Source of the DNA: an uncultured Rhodoplanes sp.
GTDB lineage: Bacteria; Pseudomonadota; Alphaproteobacteria; Rhizobiales; Xanthobacteraceae
Assembly (NCBI GenBank): GCA_964653225.1
Contig: CAZZCV010000006.1
Span: 35,805 to 99,804 of the forward strand
Length of the DNA stretch: 64,000 nt
Direction: 5' to 3'
Each line of letters opens with the position of its first letter. Positions within the stretch are counted from its first letter, which is position 1. The notes beneath the pieces were generated by a model, which worked only from the letters and a program-made list of their open reading frames with translations, did not search any database and was not told the DNA's origin. This document shows positions 1 through 9,370 of the stretch, in pieces. Both the position numbers and the translations under genes were made by a program.

Positions 1-2
1 TG

Positions 3-353
3 CCGACCAAGCAGCACTTCGAGGCCGGCACGCTCAAGGCGCTCGCCGTCGCCTCCCGGACCCGCATGAAGGCGGTGCCGGATGCGCCGACGATGGCCGA
101 GGTCGGCTATCCGGACGTCAACACCGACTTCGTCTGGTTCGGCCTGGTCGGCCCCGCCAAGATGCCGGATTCGGTGGCGAAGGATCTCAACGAGCGGTTC
201 GCGAAGGCCGCCGCCCAGAAGGACCTGCAGGACAAGCTCGACGTCCAGGGCGTGATCGTGGGCACCGGCACGCCCGCCGAGTTCACCAACCGCATGAAGT
301 CCGACTACGAGAAGTTCGCCCCGATCGTGAAGGCGTCGGGCGCGAAGAAGTAA
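3..353 (+). CDS. Tripartite tricarboxylate transporter substrate-binding protein (Bug/TctC), C-terminal part, truncated by window start
   Basis: Frame open from base 3 (PTKQHFEAGTLKALAVASRTRMKAVPDAPTMAEVG...WFGLVGPAKMP...GTPAEF), a typical Bug C-terminus. Confidence 0.9.
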   Translation, partial: PTKQHFEAGTLKALAVASRTRMKAVPDAPTMAEVGYPDVNTDFVWFGLVGPAKMPDSVAKDLNERFAKAAAQKDLQDKLDVQGVIVGTGTPAEFTNRMKSDYEKFAPIVKASGAKK

Positions 354-378
354 GCCGCACCGCGCTGCGGGCGGACGG

Positions 379-412
379 ACGGGCCCCGCCGTGGCGGGGC
401 CCGTTTGCGTTT
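379..412 (+). terminator. Intrinsic terminator hairpin between convergent Bug and MFS genes
   Basis: ACGGGCCCCGCC-GT-GGCGGGGCCCGT inverted repeat followed by TTGCGTTT. Confidence 0.7.
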
Positions 413-432
413 CCGGCGGTGGCGCGAAGGGT

Positions 433-1698
433 CTAGCCTTTCTCCTCGACGACCACGAGGCTGCGGCCGTCGTCCGGCGGCGGCACGTCCTGCGGATCGA
501 CCGCGACCACGGTGCCGACCGGCGCGGTGGTGGCGAGATCGAACCCGGTCTTCTCCGGCGGCGGCGCCATCACGCGGGTCCGGTAGAACACATAGGCCGC
601 AAGAAGAGCCTGCGCGACCGCGGTGAACAGGAACAGCGCCCCGGGCCCGAGCGCAGCCATCACCGCCGAGGCCGCGAACGGACCGATCGCCGAACCGAGC
701 CCGTTGACCAGCAGGATCGTCGCCGCGGTCCCCACCACGTCGCTCGCCGGCGTCCTGTCGTAGCCGTGCGCCGCGGCCAGCGAATAGGTCGGCAGCGCCA
801 GCGCGCCGAACAGGAAGCCCAGTAGCAGCAGGGTGCCGCCGGAGGCCGGCACCAGCCACAGCGCCAGCCCGCTCGCGGCCGCCGCCGCCAGCAGCGCCAG
901 CAGAACCAGCCGGCGGTCGACGCGGTCGGACAGCCGTCCGAGCGGCCATTGCGCGAGCGCCCCCGCCAGCACCGCGATGCTCATGAACCACGCCACCTGG
1001 CTGACATCGAGCCCGCGGCCCGACACCGACAGCGCACCCAGGCCCCAGAACGCGCCGTTCGCCACGCCGATCATGAAGCTCGCCACCAGCGCCACCGGCG
1101 CGGCGGCATAAAGCCGGCCGGGCTGGAAGCTCACGACCGAGACCGGCGCGGGCTGCGCCGAGCGCGTCAGCGCCACCGGCACGATGGCGAGCGAGATCAG
1201 CATCGCCGCCAGCATGAAGCCACCGCCCTCGCCGATCGGATACAGCATCACCATGAGCTGGCCGGCGGTGAGCGCCGCGAAGTTCACCACGATGTAGGCC
1301 GACATGATCAGCCCGCGGGTCTCGTTGGTGGCGCGGTCGTTGAGCCAGCTCTCGACCACCAGATAGAAGCCCGCGAGGCAGAAGCCGGTGACGAGACGGA
1401 ACACGGTCCAGGCGACCGGCTCGGGCGCCAGGGCATAGGCCACCGCCACCGCGGAGGCCACCGCCACCATCGCGGCGAAGGCGCGGATGTGGCCGGCCTG
1501 GGCGATGATGCGCGGCGCGAGCCAGCAGCCGGCGACGAAGCCCACGAAATAGGACGAGGCGATGACGCCGAGCGCCAGCGCGCCGAAGCCTTCGGCGCTG
1601 CCGCGCAGCGGCAGCAGCGTGAACTGCAGTCCGTTTCCGATCAGCAGCAGCGCCACCGCCAGAAGGAGGGATGCGATCGGACGGAGATTCTGCCTCAT
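433..1698 (-). CDS. MFS transporter (YcaD-like)
   Basis: 421 aa, about 12 hydrophobic segments, MFS motif GRLSDRVDRR, VESWLN motif. Confidence 0.9.
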   Translation of the reverse strand: MRQNLRPIASLLLAVALLLIGNGLQFTLLPLRGSAEGFGALALGVIASSYFVGFVAGCWLAPRIIAQAGHIRAFAAMVAVASAVAVAYALAPEPVAWTVFRLVTGFCLAGFYLVVESWLNDRATNETRGLIMSAYIVVNFAALTAGQLMVMLYPIGEGGGFMLAAMLISLAIVPVALTRSAQPAPVSVVSFQPGRLYAAAPVALVASFMIGVANGAFWGLGALSVSGRGLDVSQVAWFMSIAVLAGALAQWPLGRLSDRVDRRLVLLALLAAAAASGLALWLVPASGGTLLLLGFLFGALALPTYSLAAAHGYDRTPASDVVGTAATILLVNGLGSAIGPFAASAVMAALGPGALFLFTAVAQALLAAYVFYRTRVMAPPPEKTGFDLATTAPVGTVVAVDPQDVPPPDDGRSLVVVEEKG

Positions 1699-1975
1699 GC
1701 GGGGAAACGGTCTCGCTTCTCGACGGGTCGCAGTTCAACCGGAGCGCAACGCCACGGGCGCGCGATCCGTTCCGAATCGTCCTGCCCGACAAACAAGGCG
1801 ACGGCATGCCGCCGCGGCGCGCGACACACGGAAATCGACAGGTTTTTCCGCACCGACCGGGTTTCCTGGACCCTGTCCTGCCGGAGAGACCTCGGGCCGC
1901 CGTTCGCAGGCTTCGGTGGCGGGAATCAGTTATAGATCGGGTGCCGCCAGCGCACCCCCAACTCCGGGCCGTCCC

Positions 1976-3481
1976 ATGCCCCCGACGAGCGATCCCACCG
2001 ACAGCACGTCTCGTGGAGCGGCATCCAGCGACGACGCCTGGATGTTCGATCTCGCCCCGGTGTCGCTGTGGCTGGAAGACTATTCCCGGGTCCGCGCCCT
2101 GTTCGAGGAATGGCGGCGCGGCGGCGTCGTGGACCTGCGCACGCATCTGACGGGCGACCCCGCCCGCGTTCAGGAGTGCTCGTCCCGCATCCGCGTGCTC
2201 AAGGTCAACCGCAAGACCCTGACCCAGTTCGAGGCCGACAGCCTCGAACACCTGGTCGCCAACCTCGGCCGCGTGTTCCGCGACGACATGCTCAAGACCC
2301 ACATCGAGGAGCTGGTCCAGCTCTGGGAGGGCGCGACCGAATTCGCCAGCCACACGGCGAACTACACGCTCGCCGGCCGCCGGCTCGACATCCAGCTCCG
2401 CGGCAGCATCCTGCCCGGTCACGAGACGGACTGGGAGCGCGTGCTGATCTCCACCGAGGACGTCACCGAGCGCGAGCAGGCGCGACGCAAGGTCGCCGCC
2501 AGCGAGGACTACGCCCGCGGCCTGTTCCAGCATTCGCCGGTCTCGCTCTGGGTCGAGGACTTCAGCGCCGTCAAGCGCCTGCTCGACGAGGTGCGGGCGC
2601 GCGGCATCGCCGACCTGCGCATCTTCACCGACGTGCATCCGGAGTTCGTCGGCCGCTGCATAAGCGAGATCCGGGTGATCGACGTCAACCGCCAGACGCT
2701 GGAGCTGTTCGGCGCCGCCGACAAGCCCGCGCTGCTGCACAACCTGCCCGATGTGTTCCGCGACGAGATGGAGCAGCACTTCCGCGAGCAGCTCATCGAC
2801 TTGTGGGACGGCAAGCTGTTCCAGCTCCGCGAGGTGGTGAACTACGCGCTCGACGGCACCAAGGTCCATGTCCTCCTGCAATTCTCCGTCCTGCCCGGCC
2901 ACGAGAAGGACTGGTCACTGGTGCAGGTGGCGCTCACCGACATCACCGCGCGCAAGCAGGCCGAAGCCTATCTCGAATACCTCGGCACCCACGACGTCCT
3001 CACCAAGCTGCTCAACCGCTCGTTCTACGTCGACGAGCTGAACCGGCTGGAGCGCAAGCGCTCGCAGCCGGTCACCATCGTCATTGCCGACCTCAACGGG
3101 CTGAAAGCCGCCAACGACGCGCTCGGCCATTCGGCCGGCGACTCGCTGCTGCGGCGCGCCGGCGAGGTGCTCAACTCGCTGGTCGAGAAGCCGTTCCGCG
3201 CCGCGCGCATCGGCGGCGACGAGTTCGCGGTGCTGATGCCGGGCACCGACGAGGCCGGCGGCGAGGCGATGATCGAGGCGATCCGCAAGCTGGTCGACAT
3301 CAACAACACGTTCTATCCCGACCTGGAGCTGAGCCTCTCGTTCGGCGCGGCCACCCAGGTGCCGGGCGAGCGGCTGGAATCGGTCGTCAAGCGCGCCGAC
3401 ATGCGGATGCTGGAGGCCAAGCGCGAGCACTACAGCGACGACGCCCGCGACCGCCGACGCGGCGGCAAGGCCGCGTCGTAA
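1976..3481 (+). CDS. Diguanylate cyclase with tandem PAS-like domains (PAS-PAS-GGDEF)
   Basis: Two homologous ~140-aa repeats (PVSLWxED...DVTER/DITAR), then HDVLTKLLNR, DLNGLKAANDALGHSAGD and RIGGDEF; start re-picked at ATG 1976. Confidence 0.92.
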   Translation: MPPTSDPTDSTSRGAASSDDAWMFDLAPVSLWLEDYSRVRALFEEWRRGGVVDLRTHLTGDPARVQECSSRIRVLKVNRKTLTQFEADSLEHLVANLGRVFRDDMLKTHIEELVQLWEGATEFASHTANYTLAGRRLDIQLRGSILPGHETDWERVLISTEDVTEREQARRKVAASEDYARGLFQHSPVSLWVEDFSAVKRLLDEVRARGIADLRIFTDVHPEFVGRCISEIRVIDVNRQTLELFGAADKPALLHNLPDVFRDEMEQHFREQLIDLWDGKLFQLREVVNYALDGTKVHVLLQFSVLPGHEKDWSLVQVALTDITARKQAEAYLEYLGTHDVLTKLLNRSFYVDELNRLERKRSQPVTIVIADLNGLKAANDALGHSAGDSLLRRAGEVLNSLVEKPFRAARIGGDEFAVLMPGTDEAGGEAMIEAIRKLVDINNTFYPDLELSLSFGAATQVPGERLESVVKRADMRMLEAKREHYSDDARDRRRGGKAAS

Positions 3482-3499
3482 GCCGCCGCCGCAGTCGGC

Positions 3500-4273
3500 T
3501 CACATCCGCATCCTCTCGTCGAGAAACGCCAGGACGCGGGCGTTGAAGGCCGCAGGAGCCTCGAAGTTGGCGGAATGACCGACATCCGCGATTTCGTAGA
3601 GTTCCGAATTCGGAATCTGCGCCTGCACCGCCCGGAGCACAGCCGGCGGCACCAGCACGTCGTCCTCTCCGACGACGAAAAGGATCGGCACCGCCGTCGC
3701 CGCAAGCTGCCCCAGGGCATACAGCGGAAAGGTCCCCTTCAGGGTCTTCAGGGTGGAGGTGTTGAAGCTCGCGATCTGCGAATAGAGAAACGTCCGGTCC
3801 GGATCGCGCTCCCGCGTCTTCACGCCGATGACACGCTCGACCTGCGATAGATTTGCGGTCGCAGCCCGCACGCCGGCCATGATCCGCTCGTGCTCCGGCG
3901 GCAGTTCGAGACCGATCAGCGTGTCAGCCAGCACCAGACACCGCACCCTTTCCGGACTGCGGCACGTGATCCCGATGCACGGACCGCCGCCCATCGACTG
4001 CGCCACCAGCGTCACGGAATCGAGCTTCAGCTCGTCGAGCAGCCGCTCAAGATCGTCGGTCATGGCGTCGCGGCCGAGTTGCTCGACGTCGGTGGATTTC
4101 CCGAAGCCGCGCTGATCAAAGGCAATCGCGGTGTAACGCGCGGAGAAGACCCGGACCTGCGCGTACCAGCTCGCATGATTTCCGCCCATGCCGTGCACGA
4201 ACACCACCGGCGGGCCGGAGCCGTGGCTTTCATAATAGAGAGTGCTTCGTCCGATCTCGATCGTCCCCATCAT
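3500..4273 (-). CDS. Alpha/beta fold hydrolase
   Basis: FVHGMGG oxyanion motif, DQRGFGKS, nucleophile elbow AQSMGG, GEDD acid, GH catalytic His. Confidence 0.9.
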   Translation of the reverse strand: MMGTIEIGRSTLYYESHGSGPPVVFVHGMGGNHASWYAQVRVFSARYTAIAFDQRGFGKSTDVEQLGRDAMTDDLERLLDELKLDSVTLVAQSMGGGPCIGITCRSPERVRCLVLADTLIGLELPPEHERIMAGVRAATANLSQVERVIGVKTRERDPDRTFLYSQIASFNTSTLKTLKGTFPLYALGQLAATAVPILFVVGEDDVLVPPAVLRAVQAQIPNSELYEIADVGHSANFEAPAAFNARVLAFLDERMRM

Positions 4274-4341
4274 CTCCGTCCGGTTTTTGCTGCGCCATTT
4301 AACTCTGGCATCGCGGCTCGCGATGCGCTATCCACTGAAAA

Positions 4342-4366
4342 TGGAACATCGTTCCAGTCTTGTCAA
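4342..4366. promoter_or_regulatory. Palindromic operator (IclR-type) next to a leftward TTGACA -35 in the divergent hydrolase/BNR promoter
   Basis: TGGAAC-ATC-GTTCCA at 4342-4356; TGTCAA at 4361-4366 reads TTGACA on the minus strand. Confidence 0.6.
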
Positions 4367-4389
4367 AGCGAAGAATTGAGGGGGAGTGA

Positions 4390-5361
4390 ATGGCGGAGCC
4401 GCAGCTCTATGTCGCGACCGGGGGCATGTCGACCTGGTTCAGCAACGACCTCGGCGAGACGCTTCAGCGACATTGGAGCACGTCCGGCCTTTACAGCGAG
4501 TCCCGCGTCTGGGCGCTGTCCGCGCATCCCGGCGCGCCCGGCGAGATTCTCGCCGGCACCGATTCCGGCCTCTACCGGCTCGACCGCGCCGCCAACAAAT
4601 GGACCCATCTGCCTTCGATTCTCGACAAGGTTCACATCTGGGCGCTGGCACGCCGACCCGACGATCCGAACGTCATCCTCGCAGGCACGTCGCCCGCCGA
4701 AATCTATCGCTCGGACGACCGCGGCCTTTCCTGGCGGCCGCTCGGTGTGCCGTTTGCGAAGACCTGCCCGCAGGTCGTCATTCCGCGCGTCACGCAGATC
4801 CTGATCGACCCGCAGGATCCCGACGCGATCTGGGCAACAGTGGAGATCGACGGCATCTGGCGCAGCCTGGACGGCGGCACGAGTTGGGAAAAGCATGTCA
4901 CCGGCGCGATCTCGGAGGACGGCCACGGCGTCGCGATCACGCGCCGGAACGGCAAGCGCGTGCTTTACCTCTCTACGAACAAGGGCCTCCACGTCAGCGA
5001 GGACGACGGCGTGACATGGGCGTTTCGCCAGCTCGCCAAGCCTTGGCAGTTCCTCCGCGCCATCGCGCCGCGCGCCGATGAGAACGGCACGCTGTTCCTG
5101 ACGATCGGCGATTCCGTGCCCGGCTCGACGGGCGCGCTGATGCGAAGCCGCGACTATGGCGACACCTGGGAGGACGTGGAGCTGCCCGGGGAGATGATGA
5201 GCACACCGTGGTGCATCGCCACCCACCCCTCGGACCCCAAGCTGATCTTCGTCTCGACCTGCTTCGGCAAATACTTCCGCAGCGAGGACGGCGGCGAAAG
5301 CTGGACCAAGCTGCCGCGCGAACTGGGCGAGACGCGCGCGCTGCTGTGGCTGCCGGCCTGA
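4390..5361 (+). CDS. BNR/Asp-box repeat beta-propeller protein (WD40/YVTN/BNR-like), no signal peptide
   Basis: Repeated S-x-D-x-G-x-T/S-W boxes (SDDRGLSW, SLDGGTSW, SEDDGVTW, SRDYGDTW, SEDGGESW); RBS GGGGAG upstream. Confidence 0.85.
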   Translation: MAEPQLYVATGGMSTWFSNDLGETLQRHWSTSGLYSESRVWALSAHPGAPGEILAGTDSGLYRLDRAANKWTHLPSILDKVHIWALARRPDDPNVILAGTSPAEIYRSDDRGLSWRPLGVPFAKTCPQVVIPRVTQILIDPQDPDAIWATVEIDGIWRSLDGGTSWEKHVTGAISEDGHGVAITRRNGKRVLYLSTNKGLHVSEDDGVTWAFRQLAKPWQFLRAIAPRADENGTLFLTIGDSVPGSTGALMRSRDYGDTWEDVELPGEMMSTPWCIATHPSDPKLIFVSTCFGKYFRSEDGGESWTKLPRELGETRALLWLPA

Positions 5362-5409
5362 AGCATCCGCATTCGCCACACGAATAAACGACCGAAGGGA
5401 GAAAAAGCC

Positions 5410-6390
5410 ATGAAAACGCATTTGTTCGCGGTCGCCGTCGCAGGCGCGCTGGTCGCCAGTTCCGGCGCGGCTTGGGCACAGCCCGCCTATCCGACACGCA
5501 CCGTGACCATTGTCTCTCCGACCGCGGCGGGCGGAAGCTACAGCATCTACGCCCAGATGCTTGCCAACAGCATCGAGAAGAGCCTCGGCAGGCCGGTGAT
5601 CGTGGAGAACAAGCCCGGCGCCGGCACCGTGATCGGAACCAGCCAGGTGGCCCGTGCGGAGCCGGACGGACACACGCTGCTGATGGGCGCGACTCCGGGG
5701 CTCGCCATCAACGTCACCCTGCGCAAGTCGATCCCCTACGACGTCAAGAAAGACCTGACGCCGATCGCCCTGTTCGCCACGGCGCCGCAGGTTCTGGTCG
5801 TCAACGCAGACCTGCCGATCCATTCGGTCGCGGACATCGCCCGCATCGCCAAGGAAAAGCCCGGCAGCCTGAAATTCGCGTCCAATGGACCCGGCACGGT
5901 GCTGCACCTGGCCGGCGAGATGATGAAGAACATGCTGGGTGTCGATCTCGTGCACGTGCCCTACAAGGGCGCGGCACCGGCCATGAACGACGTCGCGGCC
6001 GGACACGTCTCAATGATGTTCATCTCAGTCGCGAGCGCGGGAGCGCTGCTGCACTCGGGAAAAGTGAGGATCCTCGGCGTGAGCTCGAAGGAGCCTCTCG
6101 ATGCGCTCCCCAACGTTCGGCCTCTCCATGAAAGCGGCCTGCCCGGCTTCGACGCGGCGATATGGTATCTGGTCATGGCCCCCTCGGGCACGCCCACGCC
6201 GATCGTCGAGAGGCTGCATCGCGAATTCAAGACAGCGGTCCAGCAGCCGGAAAACCGCAAGCGTATCGTCGACCTTGGCGCGGTGGTCATCGACTCGCCG
6301 CCGCCGGCAGAGTTGGAAGCCTTCGTCGCCTCCGAAGCCGAGCGTTGGGGCAAGGTCATCAGCGCCGCCGGCCTTGCGCGCTCGATGTAG
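5410..6390 (+). CDS. Tripartite tricarboxylate transporter substrate-binding protein (Bug/TctC)
   Basis: Signal peptide, YPTRTVTIV, VENKPGAGTVIG, HVPYKGAAPAMNDVAAGHV. Confidence 0.93.
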   Translation: MKTHLFAVAVAGALVASSGAAWAQPAYPTRTVTIVSPTAAGGSYSIYAQMLANSIEKSLGRPVIVENKPGAGTVIGTSQVARAEPDGHTLLMGATPGLAINVTLRKSIPYDVKKDLTPIALFATAPQVLVVNADLPIHSVADIARIAKEKPGSLKFASNGPGTVLHLAGEMMKNMLGVDLVHVPYKGAAPAMNDVAAGHVSMMFISVASAGALLHSGKVRILGVSSKEPLDALPNVRPLHESGLPGFDAAIWYLVMAPSGTPTPIVERLHREFKTAVQQPENRKRIVDLGAVVIDSPPPAELEAFVASEAERWGKVISAAGLARSM

Positions 6391-6491
6391 ACCGCGGCAA
6401 CTGTGGCCAGCCCTCCCGAGAAGGCTGGCCGCAGGCGGTGCCTGATGCTAGCAAGGCCGGACGGAAAGACGTCCGTTTCGGCCATGAGACC

Positions 6492-7289
6492 ATGTACACC
6501 CCGCTCGCACGCGCCTTCGCCATCGTCGATCTTCTGGCACGCGCCCGCGAAGGGCTCGCCCTCAGCGCGATCGGCGTCGAGCTCGGCCTCGCCAAGAGCG
6601 CCGCGCACAGACTGCTGACCAGCCTCGCCGAGGAGGGTTTCGTTGCGCAGGATCCGGTCTCGGAACGCTATCGCCTGACGCTTCGCCTGCCCGTGCTCGG
6701 CTTCCGGCTGCTCGCCACCCTCGGCCTGACCGACGTGGTGCAGCCCATCCTCGACCGGCTGGCCCGCACGTCCGGGGAGTTGGTGCGGCTCGGGCTGGTG
6801 GACGGCGACGATCTCATCTGGGTTGCCTGGTCGCAGGGCTCCTCCGACGCCCTGCGCTACGTCCCCGACTTTGGCCGCCCGCTCGTGCTGCACACCACGG
6901 GCTCGGGAACGGCATGGCTTGCGAGCCTGCCGGACGCGGAGGCGATCCGGATATTCCGCAAGCATCGCGACCGGGCGGAGGCCCACACGACCGGCCGCAT
7001 GGGACGGGCTCCCGCCGAAAGGGAGTTTCTTGCAAAGCTCGCGAAGGTGCGGCGCAACGGCTACGGGCTGAACCTGGAACTGGCCGACCGCGGCATCAAC
7101 GCCATCGCCGTCGCGGTGTCCACCGCGGAAGCCGGCGACCGCCACGTCGTCGGCACGCTGTCGGTCGCGGGGCCGTCGATCCGTTTATCCGAGAAGCGCC
7201 TTGCGGCGCTGCTTCCGCTCCTGAAAGCGCACGCGGCCGAACTCGGCGAAGTCTGGCCGATGCATTTGCAGATCACCGCGGCGCGGTAG
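6492..7289 (+). CDS. IclR family transcriptional regulator
   Basis: N-terminal HTH (LSAIGVELGLAKSAAHRLLTSL) and effector domain (LHTTGSGTAWLA, VRRNGYG, GINAIAVAV, LSVAGP); start re-picked at ATG 6492. Confidence 0.9.
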   Translation: MYTPLARAFAIVDLLARAREGLALSAIGVELGLAKSAAHRLLTSLAEEGFVAQDPVSERYRLTLRLPVLGFRLLATLGLTDVVQPILDRLARTSGELVRLGLVDGDDLIWVAWSQGSSDALRYVPDFGRPLVLHTTGSGTAWLASLPDAEAIRIFRKHRDRAEAHTTGRMGRAPAEREFLAKLAKVRRNGYGLNLELADRGINAIAVAVSTAEAGDRHVVGTLSVAGPSIRLSEKRLAALLPLLKAHAAELGEVWPMHLQITAAR

Positions 7290-7299
7290 CGACTGGCGC

Positions 7300-9261
7300 C
7301 TACAGACGCAGCAGGAACAGGCTCAGCTCCGGCACCGCCATCAGCAGGATGGTCACGACCACCATCACCAGCACGAACGGGATGCAGCCGATGAAGATGT
7401 CGGCCAGCGTCACGAAATCCTTGGGCAGGACTCCTTTCACCACATAGACCGACAGGCCGAACGGCGGCGTCAAGAGGCCGATCTCGATGGCGATCGTGGT
7501 GACGATGCCGAACCAGATCTTGTCGCCGTCGAGCGCTTCCAGAATCGGCAGCATGATCGGCAGCACGATCAGCATCGTCGAGACCGAATCGAGCACCATG
7601 CCGACCAGCAGCAGGATGATGAAATAGACCGCCAGGAACGCGGTCATGTCGAGGCCCGCGGTCGTCACCCAGTCCGACACCGCCATCGGGATGCCCGAGA
7701 CCGCGACCTGCCTGGTGTAGAGGTTGGCGGCGATGATCAGGAACAGGATCGCGGCGGAGACGAACGAGGTTTCCAGCACGATCACGCGGAACTCGCTCCA
7801 GCCGATGCGGCGCTTGCAGAACGCGATCACGAAGGCGAAGGCCGCGCCCACGGCCGCAGCCTCGGTCGGCGTGAACAGGCCGCCGTAGATGCCGCCGATC
7901 ACCGCCAGCACCAGGATCATGATCGGGGCGAGCTTGGTGCCAATCTGTCCCCACGACACCGGCTCGATGTCCGCTGCCGGCCGCACGTTGCCGACGAAGC
8001 GCGGCGTCAGATATGTCATCGCATAGATCGCCAGGCCGAAGGCGATCGCCAGGATGATACCGGGGATGATGGCGGCGATGAACAGCCGTCCGACCGACGC
8101 CTCCGCGACCAGACCGTAGACGATCAGCAGGAGGCTCGGCGGGATCAGCATGCCGAGCACCGAGGAGCCCGCCACGGTGCCGACCGCGAACCGCTTGGTG
8201 TAGCCGCTCTTGACCATCTCGGGCACCGCGATGCGGCTGAACACCGCCGCGGACGCGATCGAGGAGCCGACGATCGAGGCGAAGATCGCGTTCGCGCCCA
8301 CGGTCGCGATGCCCAGGCCGCCGCGCAGTTTGCGCAGAAGGCCCGCCGCCACCTGGAAGGCGTCGCGGCCCACGTCCGCCTTCTCCAGCACCAGCCCCAT
8401 CATGATGAACAGCGGGATCACGCCGAACTCGTAGGAGGCGACGCCGCTGGAGGCCGCGAGCCCGAGCGTGTTGATCGACAGCGTCTCGCTGGAGCGGATC
8501 ACCCAGATGCCCAGATACGACAGGCTCATCAGCACCAGCGGGATCGGCATGCCGAGCAGCACCAGCACCAGCATGGCGGCGAGCGAATAGACGCCGACCA
8601 TAATCGGCCGCAGGTCGGCGAGGAACATGAAGGCGACGAAGCCCGCCATGCCCGCAATGAACACGGCCGCGATCAGCCAGTCCCTCGCCTCGCCTTTGGG
8701 CGACGCGCCGCCCTCCGGCGCGCGCAGGCCCGCCACCGCCATCGCCTCGACCACCACGAGCCGCAGGAACTGGATAAAACCGAAGGCCGCGCCCAGGATC
8801 AGCGCCAGGTTGAACGGCCAGACCGGGATCTGGTAGGCGCCCTGCACGCCGGAATATTCGCCGCTGCTCCACGACTTGATGAAATGCGGCCAGCCCCACT
8901 CCAGGATCTTCCAGAACAGGAACAGGCCGACCAGCATGTAGACGAGGTTGAACACCGCGCCGGCGCGCGGGCTGTTGCGCTCCAGCGCGCCGATGATCAG
9001 TTCGGCGCGCACCAGGCGGCGCTGCGCGATCGCGCTCGGCAGTTGCAGGAACACGCAGGCCGGCACCGACAGCGCGATGAACTCGGCCACGCCGGAGATC
9101 GGCTGGTTGAACAGGTTGCGCATCAGGATGTCGGCGCAGACGATCGCCATGATGGCGAAAATCCAGATCGCGCTGACCACCGACAGCACCACGTTGAACG
9201 CGCCGTCGATCCGGTTGGCCCAGCCGCGCGGCTCTGCCGGCGCGCTCGAAGAGACTTCCAT
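7300..9261 (-). CDS. TRAP transporter fused small+large permease (DctQ-DctM)
   Basis: DctQ-like N-terminus (DILMRNLFNQPISGVAE) fused to DctM (IPLFIMMG, GMLIPPS, GLFTPTEAAAVG, EIGLLTPPFG); start ATG 9261. Confidence 0.9.
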   Translation of the reverse strand: MEVSSSAPAEPRGWANRIDGAFNVVLSVVSAIWIFAIMAIVCADILMRNLFNQPISGVAEFIALSVPACVFLQLPSAIAQRRLVRAELIIGALERNSPRAGAVFNLVYMLVGLFLFWKILEWGWPHFIKSWSSGEYSGVQGAYQIPVWPFNLALILGAAFGFIQFLRLVVVEAMAVAGLRAPEGGASPKGEARDWLIAAVFIAGMAGFVAFMFLADLRPIMVGVYSLAAMLVLVLLGMPIPLVLMSLSYLGIWVIRSSETLSINTLGLAASSGVASYEFGVIPLFIMMGLVLEKADVGRDAFQVAAGLLRKLRGGLGIATVGANAIFASIVGSSIASAAVFSRIAVPEMVKSGYTKRFAVGTVAGSSVLGMLIPPSLLLIVYGLVAEASVGRLFIAAIIPGIILAIAFGLAIYAMTYLTPRFVGNVRPAADIEPVSWGQIGTKLAPIMILVLAVIGGIYGGLFTPTEAAAVGAAFAFVIAFCKRRIGWSEFRVIVLETSFVSAAILFLIIAANLYTRQVAVSGIPMAVSDWVTTAGLDMTAFLAVYFIILLLVGMVLDSVSTMLIVLPIMLPILEALDGDKIWFGIVTTIAIEIGLLTPPFGLSVYVVKGVLPKDFVTLADIFIGCIPFVLVMVVVTILLMAVPELSLFLLRL

Positions 9262-9314
9262 GCGCTTGCGCTCCCCTTCCCGCCCTTGGCGGGCCGCCCC
9301 TTCAAACAATGAAA

Positions 9315-9340
9315 CGTCCGGGCGCTGATGCGCCCGGACG
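9315..9340 (-). terminator. Stem-loop between dctP and dctQM (attenuator or mRNA stabiliser)
   Basis: CGTCCGGGCGC-TGAT-GCGCCCGGACG, short T tail on minus strand. Confidence 0.55.
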
Positions 9341-9370
9341 AAGGTTATCAGGCATTCGCCGCCCTGGGGA

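Noticed and set aside
305-2902. 865-aa minus-strand ORF and similar long overlapping ORFs throughout the track
   Set aside because: They overlap well-supported genes in other frames and lack domain signatures.
6405-6430. Hairpin GGCCAGCC...GGCTGGCC between Bug and IclR genes
   Set aside because: No U-tract; probably an ordinary mRNA-stabilising stem after a binding-protein gene.
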